64,000 bases of DNA. Source: a bacterium (lineage in GTDB: Bacteria > UBA8248). The notes beneath the pieces were generated by a model. It was not told the DNA's origin. It worked only from the letters and a program-made list of their open reading frames with translations, and searched no databases. Position 1 is the stretch's first letter. The number at the start of each line of letters is the position of its first letter. The DNA is taken from assembly GCA_965213625.1 (NCBI GenBank), contig CBDBZU010000004.1, positions 800,001-864,000 on the forward strand. The letters are read 5' to 3'. The position numbers and the translations under genes are program-made. Of the stretch, positions 30,977 through 39,863 are shown piece by piece.

Positions 30977-31078
30977 TTTCCGGCGGAAGAGGCCGTAGGT
31001 ACTGAGGGGGGTAGCTGAAAAGTCTTCCTCGCTATGAGTTGACTACCGCCGGAATGACGAGCAAAACCGTATTCACCC

Positions 31079-31167
31079 GTAGGGGCGGGCCTCTGTGCCC
31101 GCCCGCCCGGATATGTCCATTCCCGTGGTTGTGCTTCTCAGGGACAGGCACGGAGGCCTGTCCCGAC
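31079..31167. repeat. pair of GTAG-type REP palindromes
   Basis: GTAGGGGCGGGCCTCTGTGCCCGCCC and inverted GGGACAGGCACGGAGGCCTGTCCCGAC. Confidence 0.65.
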
Positions 31168-31375
31168 CAACTGCCTTGAAAATACCCTTGTTGACATGAA
31201 ATCACTCCCCCCTTGAGGGGGAGTCACAGAGACCGAGTCCTTTGGACGAAGGCCGATGTGGTGGGGGGTGAATCGTGTTTTATCCTGCAATTTCAATCAT
31301 ACCCCCCATCGATTCGCTTGCGGGTATGCACCCTTAGCTCACCGTCGGTCTTCCCCGAGGGAGACCGACCCTCAA

Positions 31376-32895
31376 GGGTCTGTTGAAAAACCCGGTGTTG
31401 GAAGCGGGCGTTTTGGCGGCTCACGCGGCGGTGGAGAGGCAGCCCAATCGGCGCGTGAGGGCGCCATGTGCGCTTAGACGGCGTCTCCGGGCGGCACAGG
31501 CCGTCCAGAGGGCGAATATACGCGCCGCAAAAGCGGCGGCCAGCCGCTTGAGGTTCACCGCTATCGCCGTCAGGTAGGACTGGATCCTCATGTTCGCAAG
31601 GCCCCGGCGCACCGCCCGCCCCAGTCCGTGCCGGCTCTTCGCCTCGCCGTGGTAGCCCTCCGAGCGCCAACGGTGGCGGCCATAGAGACGCTTCTCCTCC
31701 TCCCCCCAGCGCGCATGCCGCCGACGCGCGCGCAACAGCGCCGGATACGCGTGCGGAATCAACACCGTCCTGCTCGTGCGCGACTTCGACAGACAATCCG
31801 CACGGAGCGCGCAGCCCGCGCAATCCCGCGTCTTCGATACATAGGAGCGCCCCCGCTCCGTCGCCTGCCGGGGGCGCAGCGTCTTGCCTCCCGGACACTT
31901 CACCACCTCGTTGCGCGCGTCGTAGTGGAACAACTGCAGCGGAACACGGCTCTGGCTGGGTTCCTTCTTCGCTGGTATCAGCGCTTCCACGCCCCGCCGC
32001 TCCAATTCGCCATAAACCTTCGAGTACGCGTACCCCGAATCCGCCGTCACCATCTCCGGCGCGCGGCCCGACAACTCGCTTACCGCCTCTATATGGGACG
32101 CCATCATCTCACGCTCGTTCCGCGTCCCCTCCGTCACCGACACGTCGAGAACAACACCCCGCTCATCGTCCACCGCCGCGTGCTGCTTGTAGCTCGGCTC
32201 GAACCCCGCCCGCGCGCTCTTGCGCGCAAGCCGCGCGTCCGGGTCCGTCCGGCTCACCCGACCCCCGCCACCGCGGCCTCCTCCCTTCTTCTCCCCCTCA
32301 TCATCGACGGGATTCTCCCGAATCACCTTCTCCGCGTGGTGCGCCGCCAGACTCTCCCAGCTCACGTCCGCGCGTATCAACGAGGCGTCCACGTGCACCA
32401 CTTCCCCCTTCGCCACATTCGCCTCCAGGCAAGCCTGCACCGTGCGACGGAATATCTCCTTGAACCGAGCCTCCCCCCACCGCTGACGAATCCGCGTCAG
32501 GCTCGAATGATGCGGCAAATCCTCGTGCAGCCCGTACCCGATGAACCACCGGATCGCCAGGTGCGCACGCGCCTCGCGAAGCAGACGCCGGTCGTGTACG
32601 TAGCCCAGCAACATACCCGCCAGCATCAGGCGCAACGCCACCTCCGGGTCGATCCCCGGTCGACCGTTATCCGCGCAATAGCAATCCGCCACCTCCGCGC
32701 GAAGCCAACTCAAATCCAGTACGCGGTCCACGCGCATCAGGACGTGATCCTCGGGGATCAACCGTTCCAGCGAACCGGCCACGAACAAATCCATCTGCTC
32801 GCGCCCCTTGCTGCCTATCATCTCGGGAACTCCCATCTCGGGCGAGATAGTGTCATTACACCCAATCACAATGCCGGGGGTTTTTCAACAGCCCC
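31376..32895 (-). mobile_element. IS1182-family insertion sequence, copy 2
   Basis: Same TIRs, 1520 bp, CTCAA on both flanks (31371-31375, 32896-32900). Confidence 0.9.
31421..32869 (-). CDS. IS1182-family DDE transposase
   Basis: 482-aa ORF near-identical to 1346-2794. Confidence 0.9.
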   Translation of the reverse strand: MIGCNDTISPEMGVPEMIGSKGREQMDLFVAGSLERLIPEDHVLMRVDRVLDLSWLRAEVADCYCADNGRPGIDPEVALRLMLAGMLLGYVHDRRLLREARAHLAIRWFIGYGLHEDLPHHSSLTRIRQRWGEARFKEIFRRTVQACLEANVAKGEVVHVDASLIRADVSWESLAAHHAEKVIRENPVDDEGEKKGGGRGGGGRVSRTDPDARLARKSARAGFEPSYKQHAAVDDERGVVLDVSVTEGTRNEREMMASHIEAVSELSGRAPEMVTADSGYAYSKVYGELERRGVEALIPAKKEPSQSRVPLQLFHYDARNEVVKCPGGKTLRPRQATERGRSYVSKTRDCAGCALRADCLSKSRTSRTVLIPHAYPALLRARRRHARWGEEEKRLYGRHRWRSEGYHGEAKSRHGLGRAVRRGLANMRIQSYLTAIAVNLKRLAAAFAARIFALWTACAARRRRLSAHGALTRRLGCLSTAA

Positions 32896-33013
32896 CTCAA
32901 GGGGGGAATGGACTTCAAATGCGCGCGCGAAACTCAAAGTCGCTTCCAGGGACTTTTCCACAGCCCAGAAGGCGCCGCATCACCAGTCTTGCGAGATCAC
33001 GCCCGGCCTAAAT

Positions 33014-33337
33014 TCAGCGCAGGCCTTTCACGTACCTCGCGACGTTATTGAGCGCCTCACCCTGGATATGGGGCAGGGCGGGCATTTTATTTTTGCCCCG
33101 CCTGATGACCTCTTTGATATAGGAGAGGGGAAGCGAGCGGCCGCGCAGGGGGTTTCCGAGTCCGCCTTTTCCTTCGCCCTGCGCGCCGTGACAGACAGCG
33201 CAGGCCTGCGTGTAGACCGCAGCGCCATCGCCCGTGGTGAGGAGCGTTTTTTCTTGCCTGGGGTTCTGGAAGATGAGCAGAAAGACGACGAACGCGCCGC
33301 CCAGGACGAGGAACGAGACGACGACCCACTTGCCCAA
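33014..33337 (-). CDS. membrane-anchored monoheme cytochrome c
   Basis: N-terminal TM, CAVCH heme motif, distal MPA. Confidence 0.85.
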   Translation of the reverse strand: MGKWVVVSFLVLGGAFVVFLLIFQNPRQEKTLLTTGDGAAVYTQACAVCHGAQGEGKGGLGNPLRGRSLPLSYIKEVIRRGKNKMPALPHIQGEALNNVARYVKGLR

Positions 33338-33359
33338 GTCTGGAGGCGTCCCGAGCGCT

Positions 33360-34673
33360 TTATTCGTTTAGGGGGATCGGTCTATGGAGATAGGCCCGCG
33401 CATCGGCCCCCTCGTAATCCGAGACGAGGTGGCCGTTTCCCTCGAGTTGGTATTTATAGGTCACCAGGCCTTCGAGACCCACGGGGCCGCGCGCGTGAAT
33501 CTTGTCGGTGGCGATTCCCACCTCGGCGCCGAAACCGTAGCGGAAACCATCCGCCAGGCGCGTGGACGCGTTCCACATGACGCTGGCGGCGTCCACTCGG
33601 GAAAGAAACGTCCGCGCCGCCGACTCATCCGCCGTGACGATGGCGTCGGTGTGGCGCGAGCCGTAGCGGTTGATGTGATCGACGGCCTCTCCGAGTGATT
33701 CCACCACCCGCACGGAGAGGATCAAGTCCAGATACTCCGTCTCCCAGTCTTCCTCGGTTGCCGCACCCGCGCTCTCGAGAATGGCCCGCGTGGCGTCGCA
33801 GCCCCGGATGGCGACTCCCTTCTCCGCAAGCGCCTCGGCGGCCAGGGGGAGGAATACGCCCGCTTTTTTCTCGTGCACCAGGAGCGTCTCGATGGCGTTG
33901 CAGACGGCGGGGTACTGCGTCTTGGCGTCGAACGTAAGGCGCACGGCCATTTCGGTGTCCGCCGCCTCGTCGACGTAGAGGTGACAGATACCGTCCGCAT
34001 GGCCGAGCACCGGGATGTTCGAATGCTCCTTGATGTAGCGGACGAACTCGTTGCTTCCGCGCGGAATGAGCAGGTCGACCGCATCGTCGCGCGAGAGGAG
34101 CGCCTGTACGTCCTCGCGGGCCTCGACGAGTTGAAGCGCGTCGGCGGGCGCATCGCCGGAAGAAGCCGCCGCGTCTCTTAAAAGCCCGGACATCAGGCGG
34201 TTCGTGTGCGCAGCCTCACGGCCACCCTTCAATATGGCGGCGTTGCCGGATTTGAGACAAAGCGAGGCGATCTGCACGAGCGCGTCGGGCCTCGATTCAA
34301 ACACGGCGGCAATGACGCCCAAAGGACAGGTGACCCGCCTTAACGTCAGCTCCTCATCGAGCAGCGTCGCCATGCGCGCCACGCCCAGCGGATCAGGAAG
34401 CGCGGCCACGGCTCGCACGCCGTCCGCCATCTGCGCAATCTTGCGCTCGCTCAGTTCCAGGCGTCTCAGCAAAGGCTCGGACATCTCCCCGCTCGCAACG
34501 AGCGGTTCCGCAGCTTTCACGTCTTCGGCGTTCGCCTCGAGAATCCGCGCTACATTCTCGTCAATCGCGTCCGCCATCGCTGCCAAGGCGCGATTCCGGA
34601 CCTCATTCGAGAGTGGCGCCAGTGCGAGCGCAGCGCTCCTCGCCGCAAGGCATATGGCGTCGATATCGCTCAA
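33360..34673 (-). CDS. proA: gamma-glutamyl phosphate reductase
   Basis: PLGVI..FESRP, KGGREA, VCNAIET, NASTR, KIHARGPVGL. Confidence 0.95.
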   Translation of the reverse strand: MSDIDAICLAARSAALALAPLSNEVRNRALAAMADAIDENVARILEANAEDVKAAEPLVASGEMSEPLLRRLELSERKIAQMADGVRAVAALPDPLGVARMATLLDEELTLRRVTCPLGVIAAVFESRPDALVQIASLCLKSGNAAILKGGREAAHTNRLMSGLLRDAAASSGDAPADALQLVEAREDVQALLSRDDAVDLLIPRGSNEFVRYIKEHSNIPVLGHADGICHLYVDEAADTEMAVRLTFDAKTQYPAVCNAIETLLVHEKKAGVFLPLAAEALAEKGVAIRGCDATRAILESAGAATEEDWETEYLDLILSVRVVESLGEAVDHINRYGSRHTDAIVTADESAARTFLSRVDAASVMWNASTRLADGFRYGFGAEVGIATDKIHARGPVGLEGLVTYKYQLEGNGHLVSDYEGADARAYLHRPIPLNE

Positions 34674-34746
34674 GTCGAATCTCCCTCATCAGTTCTCGAA
34701 AACCAGCGGTGGATTATAGGCCGAGGCGGAAACACCGGCAAACGAT

Positions 34747-35643
34747 TCAGACTTTTCTCTTCTTCCATTCTTCAAAACGCCGCTCGACGTAGTCGATGAT
34801 GACGAGCGCCACCTCGGGTCCGCCTGCGCGCTCCACGCCCTCGAAGCCGGGTGCGGCGTTCACCTCCAGAACCAAGGGGCCTCTTTTTGTCTCGAGCAAA
34901 TCCACGCCTGCGATTTCGAGACCGCACAGCCTCACGGCGCTTTTGGCGAGTTCAGAGGCCCGCCGGGTGGGGGAGGCTTTTTTTACCGTACCGCCCCGAT
35001 GCAGGTTCGTGCGAAACTCACCCCGCGAGGCGCGCCTCCGCACGGCGGCAACCACTTCGCCGCCCACGACGATGATCCGCAAATCCCCCTTCCTGGCATC
35101 TTCGACGTATTCCTGAACGATGGCGTCGCGCTGCAAGTTCCACATCACCTCGGAGATGGCCTGCGCTTCTTCGACGTCGTGGGCGCGCATGACGCCCTTC
35201 CCCTGCGTGCCGCGCGGCAGCTTCATGACAACGGGCGCGCCGCCCACGCTCTCGAGAGCAGCGCGAAGATACGCCGGGTCGGGCGCGAACGCCGTCCTGG
35301 GCACAGGCAGTCCTTCTTGCGCGAGAAGCTGTAAGGTGCGGAGTTTGTCACGGGCCACTTCGATTGCGGCTGAGCCGTTGATAACCAATGCGCCGGAGGC
35401 TTCCAGGTGGCGGATTAAGGCGAGTGAATGCTCGGATATGTTCGCCCCCAGACGCGGCAGAAAAACGTCTGCCCCCGAAAATGGCTTGCCCCTGAAATTG
35501 AGTGTTATCTCCCCCTCGTCCAGTTTCAGCAGAAACCGGTACGGATCGAGCACGCGCACGCTGTGCTTCCTGCGCCTCGCGTTCTCTGAAATTCTACGCA
35601 CGCCGTGTAAGGTCGCATCGCGACACAGGATTCCGATTTTCAC
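34747..35643 (-). CDS. RimK-family ATP-grasp ligase
   Basis: ARDKL, GTQGKGV, QEY, FRTNLHRGG, EVNAAPG. Confidence 0.9.
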   Translation of the reverse strand: MKIGILCRDATLHGVRRISENARRRKHSVRVLDPYRFLLKLDEGEITLNFRGKPFSGADVFLPRLGANISEHSLALIRHLEASGALVINGSAAIEVARDKLRTLQLLAQEGLPVPRTAFAPDPAYLRAALESVGGAPVVMKLPRGTQGKGVMRAHDVEEAQAISEVMWNLQRDAIVQEYVEDARKGDLRIIVVGGEVVAAVRRRASRGEFRTNLHRGGTVKKASPTRRASELAKSAVRLCGLEIAGVDLLETKRGPLVLEVNAAPGFEGVERAGGPEVALVIIDYVERRFEEWKKRKV

Positions 35644-35825
35644 CTTTCACTCCTGACGCAAATAACGGATGAGGCGAGATTCTACCATCCGGGCGATTGC
35701 ATCGGAACGACTTTTGAGAGGTAAAGTGAGGATTCCCCTCCCGGTGGCCCCTTGCTGGATAGCGTGGGCCACCGAGGGGGAGGTATGTAGGGCGCGGCCC
35801 AATGGTTGGGCCACGGCAGGAATTT

Positions 35826-36296
35826 CTATGCGGCTCTTTGGAGAGCCTCTTGCTGTTTCGCCAGTCCCTGAACCAACAGGACGTGGGCTTTCACTTTCTT
35901 CGCGAGACGCGGGGCGATGTGCGACAGCCCGATGCGCCGCCTCAGCCATCCGCCATCTCCGGCGCCGAGCAGGATGAGGTCGGCGTCCAGTTCTTCCGCC
36001 GCCTGAACGATTTCATTCAGCGGAGCGCCGTTGGTCACGGAAACCTCGACGCGCAGACCCCGGTCTCTCAGCATCCGACGCAAGGGCTCGAGATACGCAT
36101 CGCCGAACCTGGCGCGCGCATCCTGAATCTGATCGGCGTACACCGTGTAGCCTTCCAGTTGCCTCGACTGCATGACGCCGCTTTCCACCAGTTGCAGATG
36201 AACGATTTGCGGGTTCATCGAGAGGTGAACCACCTCATGCACGGCGGCTTCCGCCTCTTCCGAACCGTCCAAGGGAATCAATATTCGCTCGTACAT
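35826..36296 (-). CDS. universal stress protein (USP)
   Basis: MYERILIPLDGS, G.P..EI..AA....ADLILLG, VLLV; GGAGAG RBS. Confidence 0.9.
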   Translation of the reverse strand: MYERILIPLDGSEEAEAAVHEVVHLSMNPQIVHLQLVESGVMQSRQLEGYTVYADQIQDARARFGDAYLEPLRRMLRDRGLRVEVSVTNGAPLNEIVQAAEELDADLILLGAGDGGWLRRRIGLSHIAPRLAKKVKAHVLLVQGLAKQQEALQRAA

Positions 36297-36333
36297 TGTT
36301 TCTCTCCGTTTCCTGAATTCCTGAGCCACGTCT

Positions 36334-36534
36334 CTAGGCGGCTTTCCGCAATTCCGATTCCGGGTTGATGGCGTCCAACAGTTTCGTTTCGACCAGGGCT
36401 ATCCTGGCGTCATTCGTCTGCGCTGCTTTCGCCTGAGGCTGATGGATGATGCTGGAGGTCATAAACCACCAAATCGCGGCGAATACGAACAAAACCGGAA
36501 ACCCCGCCACTGCGTACATCTTGATAAATTCCAT
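36334..36534 (-). CDS. 66-aa single-TM microprotein (paralog 1)
   Basis: AAAGGAGG RBS 6 nt before ATG; MEF...PV...AIWWF...ND...LRKAA shared with paralog 2. Confidence 0.7.
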   Translation of the reverse strand: MEFIKMYAVAGFPVLFVFAAIWWFMTSSIIHQPQAKAAQTNDARIALVETKLLDAINPESELRKAA

Positions 36535-36591
36535 CTCGAGCCTCCTTTCCCTCATACTGCGGTACTCAGGAAACTACTTTCTCTATATATA

Positions 36592-36607
36592 AGCAATAAT
36601 CGTGCCA
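36592..36607 (-). promoter_or_regulatory. sigma54 (-24/-12) promoter
   Basis: TGGCACGATTATTGCT matches the TGGCACG-N4-TTGCW consensus. Confidence 0.8.
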
Positions 36608-36950
36608 AATATGGATATTTTCAGAAACCAGCTAACTTACAAGGCTTTACAACGGAATATGGTTTGCGGGATGAATTAAATTATGGCCCAATAAATACGA
36701 TATGTCGTAATTTTACTGATTGTCGCTGACTTTTTGTCCGAAACGAGATGGCGAATCAAGCCTGGAGACTTTCCCGAAACAGAGAAGGTCCACCAAAGCT
36801 GACATGACAGGGCAAGAGGAGAACTGCGAGGGATCGTTCGTTCGGGCGGCAAGCCCAAAGCGGCTATTGCTTCTTGTGCGCCATCCAAGTCGGCTCCCCT
36901 AACGCCCGCAGGTTCTATCCAATCGTTACCTGAACGGGCAACCCATGTTT

Positions 36951-37151
36951 CTAGGCGGCTTTGCGCAAATTCGACTGCCGCACATCGGCGTTCGACCGCT
37001 TCGGTCCGGCTTGGTGCTTCTCGATATCATTGACGCGGGAGGCGCTCCTGATGGAACTCGCCAGAACGTAGATAGTCAAGAACCACCAAATCGCGACGAA
37101 TGCGATGAATACGGGAAGGGCCGGCATGAAATATGTGATAAGAAATTCCAT
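36951..37151 (-). CDS. 66-aa single-TM microprotein (paralog 2)
   Basis: AAAGGAGG RBS; same length and conserved motifs as paralog 1. Confidence 0.7.
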   Translation of the reverse strand: MEFLITYFMPALPVFIAFVAIWWFLTIYVLASSIRSASRVNDIEKHQAGPKRSNADVRQSNLRKAA

Positions 37152-37208
37152 CTCTTCCCTCCTTTCCTTCATGCTGCGAAACCCAAGCGGCTCTTCCACT
37201 CTTTATGA

Positions 37209-37224
37209 AGCAAAATACGCGCCA
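37209..37224 (-). promoter_or_regulatory. sigma54 (-24/-12) promoter
   Basis: TGGCGCGTATTTTGCT at the same distance from the ATG as in paralog 1. Confidence 0.75.
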
Positions 37225-37445
37225 AATGTGGAAAATCCACGAACCGACATGCTCTCAATAAGTTATGTAATTACCTACCTGAAAAGAACCTGGGGAATAA
37301 ACTTAGAAAAAACCATATATCGTGATTCGGCCGCTAATCACTGACTTTTTGGCGTGTTCATACACTGAACGACGAAGCTACGGAGAGAGAATTTTTTTGG
37401 AACTGAACCGTCAACCCCGGCAAATCCTCAAAACCATTCTTTACC

Positions 37446-37591
37446 GGGGGTGTTGAGAAAGCCCCCCTGAGGAGGGGCTGTTGCAAATGCCTCGCTTCGC
37501 TTGAGATTGACCTTCGCTTTTGCTCGTCATTCCGGCTTTCGCCGGAATGACGGTGGTTTTTCTGCATCGAGGGGCTTTTTCAAACAACCCC
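37446..37591. mobile_element. degenerate MITE-like element(s) with a central GTCATTCC palindrome
   Basis: TIR-like GGGGGTGTTGAGAAAG (37446), GGGGCTGTTGCAAATG (37474) and inverted CTTTTTCAAACAACCCC; palindrome at 37525-37552. Confidence 0.5.
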
Positions 37592-37614
37592 ATTCAGCGC
37601 CCGAACGCCTCGTC

Positions 37615-38271
37615 TCAACCCTTCAGACGGTTGAAGAAATAGCCCGCGCAAAGGCCCAGAACGACCCAGAAGGCGGCCGAAGCCACGAGCGCGGTGAGGA
37701 TGAACCTCTCGAGAAGCGCCCGGGGAACCATTCCGCCCCCCGATTCGGGGTGGGGAGCGCCGAGGAGGTGCGGCAAGACGATGAGGACGACGCCCAGCGC
37801 CTTGAAGGCTGCTCCCGGCTTGAAGGCCAACAGGGCGAGGCCCGCCGCCGTGGCCGCCACGGTGAGAATCCACCAAAACTGCCTGTGCGGCAGAGGGGCC
37901 GCGTCGACACCGGGGAGTTCGGGCGGCAAACCCACTACGGGTGCTAGAGAGAAGACGATGAATCCGCCCACGCCCCAGAGGAATCCCCGCCGCCAGTCCA
38001 CGTTTCCGTGAAGGGCGAAACAACCAACGAGCAAAAGCGCAAAGCCAATCGCCGATATGACGTTCGATACCAGGGTGAGCGCCAGACGCGAGAAGTCCCC
38101 TCCCTCATCCGCGTGGTCTTCGTGGGTTTGAGGGAGGGGGATGGGCTCTCGCTTCTCGTACTTTTCGGCTTCAACTATCAGGGGGATGACTTGAGTCGAC
38201 TGGACGGCGGTGGCGAAAAGCCCCGCTATCACGCCCGAGACGACGGCTGCGAAAAAGATTCTCTGGAACAT
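37615..38271 (-). CDS. cbtA: CbtA-family putative cobalt transporter
   Basis: PLI..AE.YE, LAP..GLPPELPG, RQ.WW, PHL.GAP. Confidence 0.85.
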   Translation of the reverse strand: MFQRIFFAAVVSGVIAGLFATAVQSTQVIPLIVEAEKYEKREPIPLPQTHEDHADEGGDFSRLALTLVSNVISAIGFALLLVGCFALHGNVDWRRGFLWGVGGFIVFSLAPVVGLPPELPGVDAAPLPHRQFWWILTVAATAAGLALLAFKPGAAFKALGVVLIVLPHLLGAPHPESGGGMVPRALLERFILTALVASAAFWVVLGLCAGYFFNRLKG

Positions 38272-38300
38272 GCCCGACCGCCCCCCGGCGCACCGCCTTT

Positions 38301-38684
38301 TTACTTCATCTCCATCATCTCGACGACGACGCCGTCGGGGCCTTCCACGTAGGCGAAATAGAGCTCATCCGCCTCTCCTTCGGCGACCACGTTCCCGCCG
38401 TTCGCGCGCACCTCGGCGACCGCATCGGCGAGCTTGCCTTCCACGCAATAGGCATAGTGATCGATGCTGTAGCGCGGCCAGCCGCCCGGCCCGGCTGCTA
38501 ATTCTTCGCCGTCGCGTTTGCCGCGAATGATGATGCTCGCGCCGTGCACGTCGAGATAGACCTGCGGCGCGCCGCCCCTGTCGATGCGGTTAGTCTCGGT
38601 CGCTCCGAAAACGTTCACGTAGAAGGCTACCGCCTCGTCCACGTCCGTGTGTACGCAATGAATGTGATCAAACGTCAGTTTCAT
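38301..38684 (-). CDS. VOC/glyoxalase family protein
   Basis: FDHIH, FY..VFG, IDH, GPDGVVVE. Confidence 0.85.
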   Translation of the reverse strand: MKLTFDHIHCVHTDVDEAVAFYVNVFGATETNRIDRGGAPQVYLDVHGASIIIRGKRDGEELAAGPGGWPRYSIDHYAYCVEGKLADAVAEVRANGGNVVAEGEADELYFAYVEGPDGVVVEMMEMK

Positions 38685-38739
38685 CTTGTTTCATCTCCTG
38701 TCGGTTATGGATCGAAAAAGCCTGTGCGTTTCTTTTACC

Positions 38740-39180
38740 TCAAACCGCCGGGTCCACCCAGTTGAGTTCGAGCAGATTACCGTCGGGGTCCTTGAAAAAA
38801 ATCGTCTTCCGCTCGGGAACGCGGGACAGGATATCCGAGAGCAACTCCACGCCCGCGTCGCGCAGATGCGCCACGGCCGCCTCCATGTCCTTCACCCAGA
38901 AGGTGAGATAGCGAAACCCGGCCGCCGAATCAGCGAGCGCATCGCCCGGGCCGTCGGGACTTTCTGTAAATTCGAGCAGCTTGATCAGCACCTCGCCCGA
39001 TTTCAGCGCGTGGAGCTTCACGCCGTCCCCGGCGAAGCCCGCCGCGCGGACGAAATCGCCCGGCACGTCGACCACCGCCGCTTCCTCGAGCCCCAGCACT
39101 TCGGTGTAGAACTTTTTCATCGCGGCGATGTTTCTCGTGGTAAGCCCCACGTCCACGCCGCCGCGCGTCGTCTCGAACAT
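38740..39180 (-). CDS. VOC/glyoxalase family protein
   Basis: FYTEVLGL, FFKDPDGNLLEL; AAGGAGG RBS. Confidence 0.85.
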   Translation of the reverse strand: MFETTRGGVDVGLTTRNIAAMKKFYTEVLGLEEAAVVDVPGDFVRAAGFAGDGVKLHALKSGEVLIKLLEFTESPDGPGDALADSAAGFRYLTFWVKDMEAAVAHLRDAGVELLSDILSRVPERKTIFFKDPDGNLLELNWVDPAV

Positions 39181-39386
39181 TATTCCCTCCTTAAGGGCGC
39201 AAAGAGAATAAGGAGCCGACCCCCTCATCCCGATTGCGCGAAGCGAGCAATGAAGATACATTATTTCCCCATAAAGAGAAAATCTACCGGAAGGCGGGCG
39301 CCGCTCGAACGTGAACAATCCATGAGGGGCTGCTCGCAGCGCCGGGCGATTTTATCGCGTAGGGCGCGTAAAGAACGGGACCAGAT

Positions 39387-39863
39387 ATGCGCAAGGCCGA
39401 TCTGATAACGGGCGTCGCTTTTCTCGTGTTCACCGTCGTCGCTTTTGCGTATCTCATCCCTTACCAGATCGTCTCCTCCATTCCCATCGACGAGTCCACG
39501 CCCGCCGTGCTGCGGCCCGAGTTCTTCCCGCAGTTCACCATGGTGCTGTTCGCCATCACCTGCGTGCTGATGATGGGCGCCGCGCTCAAGAACTTATCGG
39601 GCGAGCGGTTGTGGGACGACGCGAAAGGCTCGCTCACCCGGGTCTGCGCCGTCCTCGCCCTGACATTCCTCTTCGTGCAGGCGCTCAAGCTGCTGGGCTT
39701 CGCCTACACGTCGCCGTTTTTCATGGCCGCCATCATCTACATGCTCGGCATCAGGGACTGGCGCCTGCTCGTATCGACCGCCATCCTGTTCCCGCTGTTC
39801 CTGACGTATTTCTTCTGGTACAGCTTCCAGGTCGTCCTGCCCGAGGGGAGCCTGTTCCCGTGA
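39387..39863 (+). CDS. tctB: tripartite tricarboxylate transporter TctB
   Basis: Four TM helices, P..FP, LGF, C-terminal F.V.LP.G. Confidence 0.85.
   Translation: MRKADLITGVAFLVFTVVAFAYLIPYQIVSSIPIDESTPAVLRPEFFPQFTMVLFAITCVLMMGAALKNLSGERLWDDAKGSLTRVCAVLALTFLFVQALKLLGFAYTSPFFMAAIIYMLGIRDWRLLVSTAILFPLFLTYFFWYSFQVVLPEGSLFP

Larger units (their letters stand above)
31171..32966. mobile_element. MITE-like element (family B) enclosing a REP doublet (31204-32909) and IS copy 2
   Basis: Left end CTGCCTTGAAAATACCC...GAAATCACT and right end GGGACTTTTCCACAGCCC both match, inverted, the ends at 56260 and 54485. Confidence 0.6.
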
